The position numbers and the translations under genes are program-made. The notes under the pieces were generated by a model. It saw nothing but the letters and a program-made list of their open reading frames with translations. It was not told where the DNA came from and made no database searches. Shown here one piece after another: positions 48,955 through 58,944 of a stretch of DNA of 64,000 nt (the first letter of the stretch is position 1; each line of letters starts with the position of its first letter). The stretch is from Candidatus Heimdallarchaeota archaeon (GTDB lineage Archaea; Asgardarchaeota; Heimdallarchaeia; Heimdallarchaeales; Heimdallarchaeaceae). The stretch is from contig JAUVXV010000005.1 of NCBI GenBank assembly GCA_030603365.1, forward strand, positions 96,001 to 160,000, read 5' to 3'.

Positions 48955-50150
48955 TATTTAGTTTCTTTTAAGCTTTCTCTCATAATACTAGCAACATCTT
49001 CTGGAAACATAGTAGCTATTCTGTAAGTTTCCATGATTTCTGCACCACCGATCCGTTGAATTGGGATAATATCTATCATGAGATGCATTCCAGAGCTGTA
49101 ACCCACGTTATCTTGCCTGAAAAGTATATTTCTATCCTGTAGAAGGTTCATACTCGGATTTGCCATTTTAATAAAATTATCAAGTGCTTTATTTGCATTT
49201 ACTAAAGCTTCAGCCAATCCCATAAGCTGTTTTGCATCTAAATCAATAAATTGCGAAACATGTCTCTTTGATATAAGTCTTAGTTGACCATCTCTTTCGG
49301 GGGAAAAAGCTGTTAATACTACCCACTCGTTATTTTCAAAAACCATTCTCTCTTCTACCAAAAGTTCTTGCTCAATAGGATCAACAATCTTTTCCTTATT
49401 ATTTGCAACTTCACAAGCCAAACAGTAATCTTCATCTTTCTTTAGCTCTTTATGAAAGCCTGGAACGCTAAGGAAACCAAGAGATGTCCATCCATGACCA
49501 ATATCATTTGCATAGATGTAGGTTTGAGAATGAAGATGACAAATACTTGCACCAGATTCTTCTCCAATATTGAAGAAATGAAGTGTAGTCAGTTTGTCTG
49601 TTTTGTATCTTTCTTTTAGCTCATTAATGGAGTTGCGATGAACTAACTGAGTAGTAGTAAGAAGTTTAGCAACTTCTATTATAGGTACTTCAGAAAGAAT
49701 ATCATAATGTTTGGTTAAGAGGTGGACTATTCCTATTCCTACACTTTTGTCCTTTATTGAAGTGATTTGTTGAGTGTTATCGTATAGTACTCTTGCCATA
49801 GGAGTAAAGAGATTAACAATTGAAATTGCAGATGAATCCTCCAAGTTCTTCTTCTCAGAATTTACACTAAGTGGGTGTTCTATAATTTTATCATCTCGTG
49901 ACAGAACAACTGCAGGTAGCTCTCCCTTAACTACTCTACAGAATGAATCATCTTGAGGAGAATGTTCTATAATTTCTTCAGTTTCCTCATTATTGTGTTC
50001 AATGGGTCGTTTTCCTCTTATTGGAGAAAATTGTGTTACATGTCCAACCTTTGTATTAAATTCGTTAATTAACGTTCTAAAAGGATCAAACCTTTCTAGT
50101 GGCATGTTTTCTATCTTCTTGTAGATCCCCCAGTATCCTTCCTCTACCAA
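48954..50150 (-). CDS. GalT/HIT-family nucleotidyltransferase (possible ADP-glucose phosphorylase)
   Basis: RGKRP, FFNIGEESGASICHLHSQ, CLAC, KRHVSQF. Confidence 0.8.
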   Translation of the reverse strand: MVEEGYWGIYKKIENMPLERFDPFRTLINEFNTKVGHVTQFSPIRGKRPIEHNNEETEEIIEHSPQDDSFCRVVKGELPAVVLSRDDKIIEHPLSVNSEKKNLEDSSAISIVNLFTPMARVLYDNTQQITSIKDKSVGIGIVHLLTKHYDILSEVPIIEVAKLLTTTQLVHRNSINELKERYKTDKLTTLHFFNIGEESGASICHLHSQTYIYANDIGHGWTSLGFLSVPGFHKELKKDEDYCLACEVANNKEKIVDPIEQELLVEERMVFENNEWVVLTAFSPERDGQLRLISKRHVSQFIDLDAKQLMGLAEALVNANKALDNFIKMANPSMNLLQDRNILFRQDNVGYSSGMHLMIDIIPIQRIGGAEIMETYRIATMFPEDVASIMRESLKETK

Positions 50151-50301
50151 ATTATTTCACCATTAACAAGCTCTGCACCAGAAGAATACTTCTTAAAATT
50201 GACGGTAGGACTCAAAAACATTAAGAGATCTGGGAGCTGATTTTTTTTATTCATAGAAGAACACTTTTAAGCAAAGAATCTAAAATGAGTTTGAACCTAT
50301 A

Positions 50302-50946
50302 GTGAGTGATATGATAGGAAAAACTCATTCATTGCAACCGATTATTTTCAAAGATATGATGATCAAAAGTGTTGAACACATTGGTATTGAAAAAGAGAAT
50401 ATCAATGCGATCAATGTTTTCCCGATTCCAGATGGAGATACGGGATCTAACTTTTATTATACTTTACAAGCAATTGTAAAAGAACTAGCAGTAATAACTG
50501 AAGGTAACTGCGATCAAATTTTCCAGGCAATTAGCAAGGGAAGTTTCGTAGGAGCAAAAGGAAATTCTGGTGTTATCTACTCTCAATTTCTTATTGGTGT
50601 TGTTGATTATCTAGATGAAGCTGATTCCATTACTCCAATAACATTTACAGAAGCCTTGAAAGAAGGAACGGAATTTGCATATGAATCTGTTCTAAATCCA
50701 ACAGAAGGGACAATTCTAACAGTTATGAAAGCAATTACAGAAAAATCAAATGAACTCATAAGCGAGAATCCCGATATAGATTGGATTGAATATATTAACA
50801 AAATTGTAGAAGCAAGTAATATTACACTAGCACAAACCAAAGAAATGTTAGATGTTCTGAAAGAAGCAAATGTAGTAGATGCAGGAGCATTAGGTTTCGT
50901 CCATATTCTTGAATCTTGGAGAGATATTATAGTCAATAGTGAGTAA
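50302..50946 (+). CDS. Stand-alone DAK2 domain protein (FakA N-terminal-like)
   Basis: INVFPIPDGDTGSN, GAKGNSGVI, PTEGTILTV, VVDAGA. Confidence 0.9.
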   Translation: MSDMIGKTHSLQPIIFKDMMIKSVEHIGIEKENINAINVFPIPDGDTGSNFYYTLQAIVKELAVITEGNCDQIFQAISKGSFVGAKGNSGVIYSQFLIGVVDYLDEADSITPITFTEALKEGTEFAYESVLNPTEGTILTVMKAITEKSNELISENPDIDWIEYINKIVEASNITLAQTKEMLDVLKEANVVDAGALGFVHILESWRDIIVNSE

Positions 50947-51478
50947 GAAGAACATGCCTTTTTTTATCGTGACAGGGAAAAAAGGAGAAGGTAAAACTTA
51001 CTTAGTGGAAAAGTTTTCTGAACTAATTTTAAAAGAAGGATTGTCCGTTGGTGGATTTATCACAAAGGGACAAGAAAATAGAAGTTTTGTAGATTTAAAA
51101 ACACGAAAAGAAGAAACATTTTGGAAAAAGGGAGATACACTAAAAGAAGAGATAGGAAATTTCAAAATTTCTAAGAGAGCTTTATCATTTGTAGAAGAAG
51201 TCTTAGATAAGATAGGTAATGAGGATCTCATCGTAATAGACGAAATAGGGTGGCTAGAAGCAGAAAAAAAATGTTTACACGAAATAATTGTGGCATTTCT
51301 AGATAGAGAAAACAGAGAAATTGAAAAGAATGTAATCCTTGTAGTAAGACGTCAGATTGTAGAAAAAATAACAGATCTATATGGGGTTAAAATTCAACAA
51401 ATTTGGTTCTATGAAAGACAAAAACATCAACAAATTCTCTCAGACATGTATCGAACTATGATTGAAAATCATTTGTGA
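50939..51478 (+). CDS. Nucleoside-triphosphatase (THEP1/NTPase_1 family)
   Basis: TGKKGEGKT, GGFIT, IVIDEIGWLE. Confidence 0.85.
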   Translation: MSKKNMPFFIVTGKKGEGKTYLVEKFSELILKEGLSVGGFITKGQENRSFVDLKTRKEETFWKKGDTLKEEIGNFKISKRALSFVEEVLDKIGNEDLIVIDEIGWLEAEKKCLHEIIVAFLDRENREIEKNVILVVRRQIVEKITDLYGVKIQQIWFYERQKHQQILSDMYRTMIENHL

Positions 51479-51658
51479 GGGAGGGAGGGTTGTGAGAAAT
51501 AAAACAAATTACTCACAACCAAATATCCTTTCTCACAGTTATATATAAAAACTACTATTCAGAATATCCACAAATTTTCCTTTGAAAAGCTAATTGATTA
51601 TTTTACAAATTAAATTATTCTTTTGTGACTAGGTAATATTGAAATATAACTAGGTTTT

Positions 51659-52987
51659 TTGAAGTACATGAAGAATAAGAAAGCAATCTTGTTAACTATT
51701 ATGTTATTCTTACCAATTTTCGTAATAGCAAATTATGAAATACTAGCTTCTTCCCAATCACCTGATGGTGAAGACGCTAAACTCAAAATGGTTGACGTAG
51801 GTACCCCTGCTCCTGATTTCAATATTACAGATGTTGATAGCTTAATAGAATACAAGTTATCTGATTTCCTTGGAAAAGTAGTTATGATCGACCTCTTTGC
51901 TACATGGTGTGGTCCTTGTATAGCTGCACTTCCACTAATTCATGACTTGTATTTGATGTATCCAGAGACTATGTTTCAAATTATCTCTATAGATGTAGAT
52001 ACCGATGAAACAGAAAATCAAGTTTCATCTTTCAGAGCATCTTATAATATGGATTGGATTGTAGGATTGGATTATAATAGAACTATAACTGATGACTTGA
52101 ATTATGGGTCTGGTTTTATTCCAACAATGTATCTCATTGACCAATCTGGTGATGTAATATATGCAGAGATTGGTTATGATGACACAGCAGTAAAAGCTGC
52201 CTTAAGCACTGTCCTCTCTGATGATACTACAGACCCAGTTTATAATGAGTATAATTTTTACAATAATACTGAACTATCAATTTTCAATCCAAGGTTTGAA
52301 ATCTTTGCAAATATATCAGAAGACCGAAATCTGAAATCAATTGAATTAAGAATTGTGAATGAAGGTATTGAAAAATTCTATTTAGAAATTGAGAAAATTG
52401 GTGATTTTGTTATTATTGATCAAGGTTTCTCTGTAGAATCTCTGTTCCTCTATCCATTTGCTGTTCTAGAACTCCAAATACTTGTTGTAGACTATTTTGA
52501 CAACTACAATTTGACGGATGTATTCTATCTTCCAGTTACTCAATATACTGATGCAGGACCTCCAACAGTCACGAATACTGGAGTAGAATGGTACGAGACC
52601 TCAGATACTAAATATAATGTAACAGTTTATGCAACCATTGAAGAAGACCTACTTTTTGCTAAGAAGGATGTTTGGTTTATGGAAGGTGCAACAATTTGGA
52701 AAGCAGCAACTTTTGAAGATTTCAATGGAACTCATATGGTTGCTTCAGCAATAATATTGTACTCTCAAGTTAATCCTTGGGAATTGACAGCTCATATAGT
52801 AGTAAGAGATGCTGCAGGGAATGAAGTATTAGTCGATCTTGATGTAGCAGACCCACCAATAACTCCAACACCCACACCAACAGAAACTGAAGAACCAACT
52901 GAAGAAGGAAGTTATGCATTCATTATACCATTGGTAAGCATAGTTGCAATTATCTCAATTGTAAGAATAATAAGAAAAAGGAAATAA
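51659..52987 (+). CDS. Surface TlpA-like thioredoxin with extended C-terminal domains
   Basis: APDF, FATWCGPC, IPTM; TP linker and TEEGSY-TM-RKRK. Confidence 0.85.
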   Translation: MKYMKNKKAILLTIMLFLPIFVIANYEILASSQSPDGEDAKLKMVDVGTPAPDFNITDVDSLIEYKLSDFLGKVVMIDLFATWCGPCIAALPLIHDLYLMYPETMFQIISIDVDTDETENQVSSFRASYNMDWIVGLDYNRTITDDLNYGSGFIPTMYLIDQSGDVIYAEIGYDDTAVKAALSTVLSDDTTDPVYNEYNFYNNTELSIFNPRFEIFANISEDRNLKSIELRIVNEGIEKFYLEIEKIGDFVIIDQGFSVESLFLYPFAVLELQILVVDYFDNYNLTDVFYLPVTQYTDAGPPTVTNTGVEWYETSDTKYNVTVYATIEEDLLFAKKDVWFMEGATIWKAATFEDFNGTHMVASAIILYSQVNPWELTAHIVVRDAAGNEVLVDLDVADPPITPTPTPTETEEPTEEGSYAFIIPLVSIVAIISIVRIIRKRK

Positions 52988-53098
52988 CCTTCCTTTCTTT
53001 TTCTCTTTTCATCTACAAGGATATTCATAGATGATATTGTTATTTCTCATATGAATCCCTTTTCTTATTGGATTTCCTCTATACTTCTCCTTATTATT

Positions 53099-54311
53099 TT
53101 AGTTTTCATTCCCTTTTATTTTCTTCTTTCTATATTTTTTACATAAGATTGCTAACAAGATGAAACCTGGAATGAACAACATAAAGCTATAATCTATCCT
53201 TTCCATATTTTCATTCATTGGATAGGGGTCAGTATTATTTGCATCACCATCGATATGATAAGGTTTATCTTTTTTCCAATCAGACCAATAATTACCTTCA
53301 GTTAGTAAGGGATCGTACCATAGGTTGTTTTCTCCATTATCTGAAGCTTGAGATGAACCATCAGGATTATTATCTTTGAAGGAATTGTGATGAATTCTGT
53401 TTAATTTAGAATCTAAATCGAATTCAATACCATATCCTTCATTCTCTATTGATTGGTTGTAAATAAGATGACAATAATCATAATTAACCAGACTAATTCC
53501 CACTTTGTTTTTTGTGCAAGTATTATTCATTAATTCGTTATTAGTTGAAGATTCATGAATTATACCATATTTCCGATTGTTAGAGCATGTGTTTTCTATT
53601 ATTGCAGAAGATGATGAATAGGTTAAACCTAAACCATAAAGATTTTCTCGACATATGTTATCTGTTACTATTGCATTACCGGAATACCCCATAGTGATTC
53701 CATATTGATTGTTGTTAATGCAAGTATTATTTAACAGAGTAACACTATAGCAAGCCCATATAACAATACCATTATCATTGTTGTTACAGATGTTATTAGT
53801 TACAGTTGCATGTGAGGAAGAATATAATGAAATTCCATTCCATGCGTTGTTGTTATTACAAATATTGTTCGTTATAATTGCTCTTGATGAATGTTGTAAA
53901 GAGATACCACAATAATCTCTGTTATCACTACAAATGTTATTTATTATTGAAGCTGTAGCTTCAGCAGTGTTGGAAATATATATGCCATAACCATTTGTTT
54001 TCAAATAACAATTACGGATAACAAAACATTTCGTGGTGTCATTAATATAAATACAATTCCCACTTTGAATTGTAATATTAAAATTGTCAATAATGTATGG
54101 ATTTTCAACAGTTCCAATTCCAGGAAAGCCATAATCGGTGAAATTATCATCATGTGTAATTACTATTGATCCGCGAGATATATAAGCTAAAGTTAACTGC
54201 TACTTCACTAGTATTTTCAGTAGCGAGTAAAATATCAAGATGTGTTTCTATTGAACCAAAGAAAATAATTGTTCCACAAATAACTGTAACAATAATTAGT
54301 TTTGTTCTCAT
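53099..54311 (-). pseudogene. Frameshifted parallel beta-helix surface protein
   Basis: Signal peptide ORF from ATG 54311 is out of frame with YISRGSIVITHDDNFTDYGFPGIGTVENPY, which continues into ORF 53099-54004. Confidence 0.75.
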
Positions 54312-54445
54312 AATTTTTCACTCAAAATAATTCTATCGAAACAAAGAATATAAGAATTATGGAAAAAATGAAAAAAACAGTGTTATTCTCTTTTTCTTTT
54401 CTATAAATCCAATAATTTTTAAGTAACTAATTTTGCTCATTTGCT

Positions 54446-55759
54446 GTGAAGAAGAGTCAAGTTGCTATATTAATTTCATCCATTATCATTATAGGTGGTG
54501 CAGTAGGTGTTTATTTCCTAATTGAATCGTTAGGAACAAAAACCACAGCTGCTCCAGATTATGCGTTAGAAAGCATCAATGGAACCACCACTTTTACTCT
54601 ATCTTCTTTACGTCCAAAAACTGTTCTTTTAGATTTTATGAGTATTCCTTGTATTCCTTGTAGAGCTATGAATCCGATTCTCAACGATCTGTTTACTGAT
54701 TCTGACCTTATAGGAAAAGTAGAGATAATTTCAATAGAAACAGTAACGAATACATCTTTTGTTGATCTGCAGAATCATGCACTTCTGGAAAACATGAACT
54801 GGACTGTAGTGATTGCACCAGAAGGTATGCAAGCTGAATATGGAGTAGATCAAATACCAGTTTTTGTGATAATAAATCCTGAAGGAAACATAACCTACTT
54901 TGAAACAGGTATTGCATCGTTTGAAGAATTGAAAACTGAAATAATCAATGCTTTTGAAGGTACAAGTGAAGGAATAACAATCACAAGTTATCAAGGATTT
55001 ATAATAGGTTTCGCAATTATAGTAGCAATAACATCTTTCTTCTCCCCTTGTTCTTTCCCTCTCATGCCAAGTTATGTAGCTCATATTCTAGGAATGAATA
55101 TGTCAAGTGATGAAAAAGAAAAAGCGCTAGATAAGGAGATTAATAGGGAAATTCTAAACAATGAAAACCAAAAAGTGAAAAGAAAACTGTGGCTTTATCC
55201 ATTGTTGGGATTAAGTAGTGGAGTGGGGATTTTAATAAGTTACTTGATCTTGGGGATTACGGTTAGTGCAGTCGGAAGTTCGATTTTACCTTATGTTGTT
55301 TATGCTCTCCCAATAATTGGTGGGATTTTCATTGTTCTTGGAATTCTAATGTTTACAAAATTAGAGTTTTCTTTGTCAAGGGTTTTAAGCTGGATTAGAA
55401 AAAAACAAATCTCATCTGAGGAAAAGAAGAAAGATTCGAATGTTAGTAAATTCTCAAGTACTTTTCTTTATGGTTTAGGATATGGAATTGCTTCTCTGGG
55501 GTGCAATGCACCAATATTTCTAGCTTTCAGCTTACAAGTATCAGCTCAAGAAACAATCTTGAAAATGGTCTTTGCTTACCTTGCTTTTGCATTAACTATT
55601 ATTCTCTTGATGGTAGGAGCAACTCTTCTTATCAGCGTTTCTAGAGACGCAATTTTACAAAAACTCAAAGCTGGAACTGAAATTATCAAGAAAATAAGTG
55701 GAGTAATTTTAGTTGGTGTAGGGATATATTTATTATTGGAGTTTTTCCTAGGTGGATAA
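54446..55759 (+). CDS. Thioredoxin (TlpA)-CcdA fusion
   Basis: N-terminal CIPC thioredoxin; CcdA motifs FFSPCSFPLMPSY and LGCNAPIF. Confidence 0.88.
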   Translation: MKKSQVAILISSIIIIGGAVGVYFLIESLGTKTTAAPDYALESINGTTTFTLSSLRPKTVLLDFMSIPCIPCRAMNPILNDLFTDSDLIGKVEIISIETVTNTSFVDLQNHALLENMNWTVVIAPEGMQAEYGVDQIPVFVIINPEGNITYFETGIASFEELKTEIINAFEGTSEGITITSYQGFIIGFAIIVAITSFFSPCSFPLMPSYVAHILGMNMSSDEKEKALDKEINREILNNENQKVKRKLWLYPLLGLSSGVGILISYLILGITVSAVGSSILPYVVYALPIIGGIFIVLGILMFTKLEFSLSRVLSWIRKKQISSEEKKKDSNVSKFSSTFLYGLGYGIASLGCNAPIFLAFSLQVSAQETILKMVFAYLAFALTIILLMVGATLLISVSRDAILQKLKAGTEIIKKISGVILVGVGIYLLLEFFLGG

Positions 55760-56321
55760 GATGAAGAATAAAGCAAGAATAGCTAAAATTCTACCTTTGT
55801 TTGTAGTATTATTATCTGCAATGTTTATTGGTGATTCGGTAAATGCATCAAGCGATTATGGTATCACTTCTATTGCTCAAAGCCCAACACCTCTAATATT
55901 TGAGGAAAATCTAACCATAACTGTAGTATTCTATGATACAACAAATATCTCAACAGTTAAACTACTTATTTGCACAATCACTCCTGAATTCCTATGCGAA
56001 TCTCAACCAATAACAATGGTTGAAATAACTAGTGGAACATATGAAGGGAAATTCTTGATTGATGATTATGCCATCGGAACAACTGTAGGATATCATTTAA
56101 TTTTAACATATGAGAATTTTACTTCTATTATCATTCCAGATGCACCAGAATTTCTTGAAATGGAAATTATTGAACCTATAACTGGTTTCTATTTCTTTGA
56201 TGCTGGAGCAGTTCAACAGCGAACTGAAGAAGCAGGATGTTGTGGAATAATAGGTGCAACTTTAGCAGTGTTATCAACTTCATTGATTGCTAAAAGAAAA
56301 AGAAAGAATATCAACGAATAA
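55752..56321 (+). CDS. Surface protein with C-terminal GCCG-TM-basic tail
   Basis: Signal peptide; paralog of next gene (P.PLI, FDAG.VQ). Confidence 0.7.
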   Translation: MDKMKNKARIAKILPLFVVLLSAMFIGDSVNASSDYGITSIAQSPTPLIFEENLTITVVFYDTTNISTVKLLICTITPEFLCESQPITMVEITSGTYEGKFLIDDYAIGTTVGYHLILTYENFTSIIIPDAPEFLEMEIIEPITGFYFFDAGAVQQRTEEAGCCGIIGATLAVLSTSLIAKRKRKNINE

Positions 56322-56384
56322 TCTGTTCTTTAACACATTTTTCTTGATAATATTTTTAATAGGGTTAGTCAACTGTGTATCAGA

Positions 56385-56984
56385 ATGAAACAGAGAATAG
56401 GCTATGCTTTTCTAATACTAACAATGTCTCTAATATTCCTTAATTCACAGAGTCTGCCAACAGTAATCGCTAACCCATATGATATCTATAATATTGAACT
56501 AGCACCTCAACCCTTAATCTACGGTCAAAATATGTCAGTTAGAATACAATTTGATTGTTTAGCAAATATCAATTCTGCAAAACTCTACATCTATAAGATA
56601 ACAGAAGATATGATTTGCGCTTGTGATTTCGTTTATGTATCGATGTATGAAATCACCAGCTGGATAGAATGTGCAACTGCTCAAAGATTTGAAGGGAACA
56701 GAACAGTAGACTTTCCACTTGGAATGCAGATAGGTTACCGCATACAAATTCTCTATGAAAATTTTACAGTACTAACCGTACCTAATTCAGTGAATTTTAT
56801 TGGAATAGATACTATAGAGCCTCTTAATAATGAATTGATGTTTGATGCAGGAAAAGTACAAGAAAGTACCAATGTTGAAAGTACCAATGTAGCAAGTTTC
56901 AGCAAATTCATTATCTTAGGTTCAGCTTTACTCATTTCATTTGTTCTTTACAGAAAACGAAGATCAAGGGTTAAATATGGCTGA
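56385..56984 (+). CDS. Surface protein, tandem paralog
   Basis: Shared motifs with the previous gene; ESTNV duplicated before TM. Confidence 0.7.
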   Translation: MKQRIGYAFLILTMSLIFLNSQSLPTVIANPYDIYNIELAPQPLIYGQNMSVRIQFDCLANINSAKLYIYKITEDMICACDFVYVSMYEITSWIECATAQRFEGNRTVDFPLGMQIGYRIQILYENFTVLTVPNSVNFIGIDTIEPLNNELMFDAGKVQESTNVESTNVASFSKFIILGSALLISFVLYRKRRSRVKYG

Positions 56985-57300
56985 AAAACGGAGAAAAAGC
57001 AAAAGGAAAAAGCTAGTTGAGGGAGAATGTTATTTTTGTAAGCAAGAGCTAAAAAAAGTTGATAAAACAGACAAGATTATTCTAGGCTGTTGTAATCTGG
57101 TAGCGCATAAACATGAACTGTATAAGTGGTTTCTTCAAAATCAACACTGTCCAAGTTGTCTAGCTGTCAACAAACAAAAAAGATCAAAACTAGTTCAGTG
57201 GGGAATGAATAGAGAAAAACCGAAGAGGGAGCATGTAAAAACAAAGTCTTTAGAATATGGTAAAGAGAAAAAAAAGAGGTATGAGAAGAAGCTAAGATAG
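56977..57300 (+). CDS. Small basic RING-like protein
   Basis: CYFC...CCNLVAHKHE...W...CPSC; ATG at 56977. Confidence 0.7.
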   Translation: MAEKRRKSKRKKLVEGECYFCKQELKKVDKTDKIILGCCNLVAHKHELYKWFLQNQHCPSCLAVNKQKRSKLVQWGMNREKPKREHVKTKSLEYGKEKKKRYEKKLR

Positions 57301-57338
57301 AGAAAAAATTTTTAAGTTCTCCTTCCTAATTTAATGAG

Positions 57339-57827
57339 ATGAAACAACATTCTCTACAATGTCTTATTCTGATAATAATTACAATTTTTATGTTAAATTC
57401 TATCTGTCTGGTTGATTCTTATAGCGAAACCGATGGAATAGAATATGATGATATCATTGATGTTGCATTCATAAGTTATAGAAATGGGGAATTTGTTATA
57501 GAATATACAGCTCAAGGACCAATCAGACTTGAAATAAATACAAATGCAGTGAATGAATATTTTGTAAATGAGGTTTTAGGAATGAAAATTGGGGAAGTGA
57601 AACCTTATATTACTTGGAATGTTGGTGCAGATTTAATTGAATATTTTAACACTACAATAGTCAATTTAGTAAAAGATTCCACACCAGAAACATCGACACC
57701 TTCACCTACTGAAACATCGACATTTTCATCTATTAAAACAATTGATTTCTTCTGGGGTATCATCGTTGTTAATTTTATATCTATCTCACTTCTGAAAAGA
57801 AAGAAGAATAGAAGAATACTTAGGTGA
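57339..57827 (+). CDS. Surface protein with FKBP-like domain
   Basis: IDVAFISYRNGE...GP..L.I...VLGMKIGE; C-terminal TM/basic tail. Confidence 0.55.
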   Translation: MKQHSLQCLILIIITIFMLNSICLVDSYSETDGIEYDDIIDVAFISYRNGEFVIEYTAQGPIRLEINTNAVNEYFVNEVLGMKIGEVKPYITWNVGADLIEYFNTTIVNLVKDSTPETSTPSPTETSTFSSIKTIDFFWGIIVVNFISISLLKRKKNRRILR

Positions 57828-57905
57828 TAATTCACATCAACAAGATTTATAATAAAACAACAAATTCTCACTTCTTAATCAGAAATTGTAGATGGTTTTA
57901 GGAAA

Positions 57906-58874
57906 ATGATTGATGAGAAGAAAATGTTTTCACATAGTCAAGAGGAAACTGAAATCATAGGTGAAATGCTCAAGAAAGGCAGAAGAGATGTACTAACTTT
58001 TCTTGAAGATGGAGCTTGTGAAATTCTTTATGTTTCAATTGACGATGGTGAGTTGAGAGTATTTCATCATAAACCTGAGAAAAACGAAACTTCACGACCA
58101 ATAGTTTTTCTTCCAGGATTTGTTGCTGCTCCTACAACCTGGGTAGATTTTCATGTCCCTCATCATGGTATAGGTGAATACTACTATCTAGAAACCAGAG
58201 AAAAGAGATCAAGTAGAATCAATAAAACTCGAAAAACTCTAATGACTATAAACAGAACAGCTGTAGATCTAGGAGTAGCTCTCAAAGAGCTAGGTTTAGA
58301 AGAAAAAGACTATGTTTTAGCAGGTTCAAGTTATGGCTCAACAATAATCCTTGAAGCATTAATTCATAGATATATTGACCCTCCAACAGTAGTTGTTCAT
58401 GATCCAATTATCAAATGGATATGGGATAAATCTCTCAATAATATTCTACTTAGAATAGTCCCCAAATTCATTCTATCTTTCATGAGAATTCTAATTGCTC
58501 ATGTCTTCACCTTAGGTATGAGGAATAAAGAACAAAGAGAAAGGATGATAGAATTCACAAAGGGGCTTGAACCATGGAAGTTTAAAAGAGCAACTCTTCA
58601 AAATAATAAATTCAATATCTTTGAGAATTTAAAAAATATCAAGAAAGAAGTCTTCATTACAACAGGACCCTTAGATAGATACCATCCAAGAATTGCTTAT
58701 TACAATTACGCTAAGGAGATTCCTAATGGAAGATTCATTTTTATGGACACAGATAACGAGGAAAGGCAATTACTAGCGGGAATAATTGGAACTGAATTTG
58801 CTAAGATAACAAAAGATGCAGACATACCAGAATCAATTAAGCAATTTGAAATTAAACTTGAAAGAGAAAATTAA
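57906..58874 (+). CDS. Alpha/beta hydrolase
   Basis: VFLPGF, GSSYG nucleophile elbow. Confidence 0.75.
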   Translation: MIDEKKMFSHSQEETEIIGEMLKKGRRDVLTFLEDGACEILYVSIDDGELRVFHHKPEKNETSRPIVFLPGFVAAPTTWVDFHVPHHGIGEYYYLETREKRSSRINKTRKTLMTINRTAVDLGVALKELGLEEKDYVLAGSSYGSTIILEALIHRYIDPPTVVVHDPIIKWIWDKSLNNILLRIVPKFILSFMRILIAHVFTLGMRNKEQRERMIEFTKGLEPWKFKRATLQNNKFNIFENLKNIKKEVFITTGPLDRYHPRIAYYNYAKEIPNGRFIFMDTDNEERQLLAGIIGTEFAKITKDADIPESIKQFEIKLEREN

Positions 58875-58944
58875 AGATGAGAGACACAAATGGAATTTTT
58901 GTAATTCGATAATATTAAAATATCAAAGGGTTGAAAATGAATTC

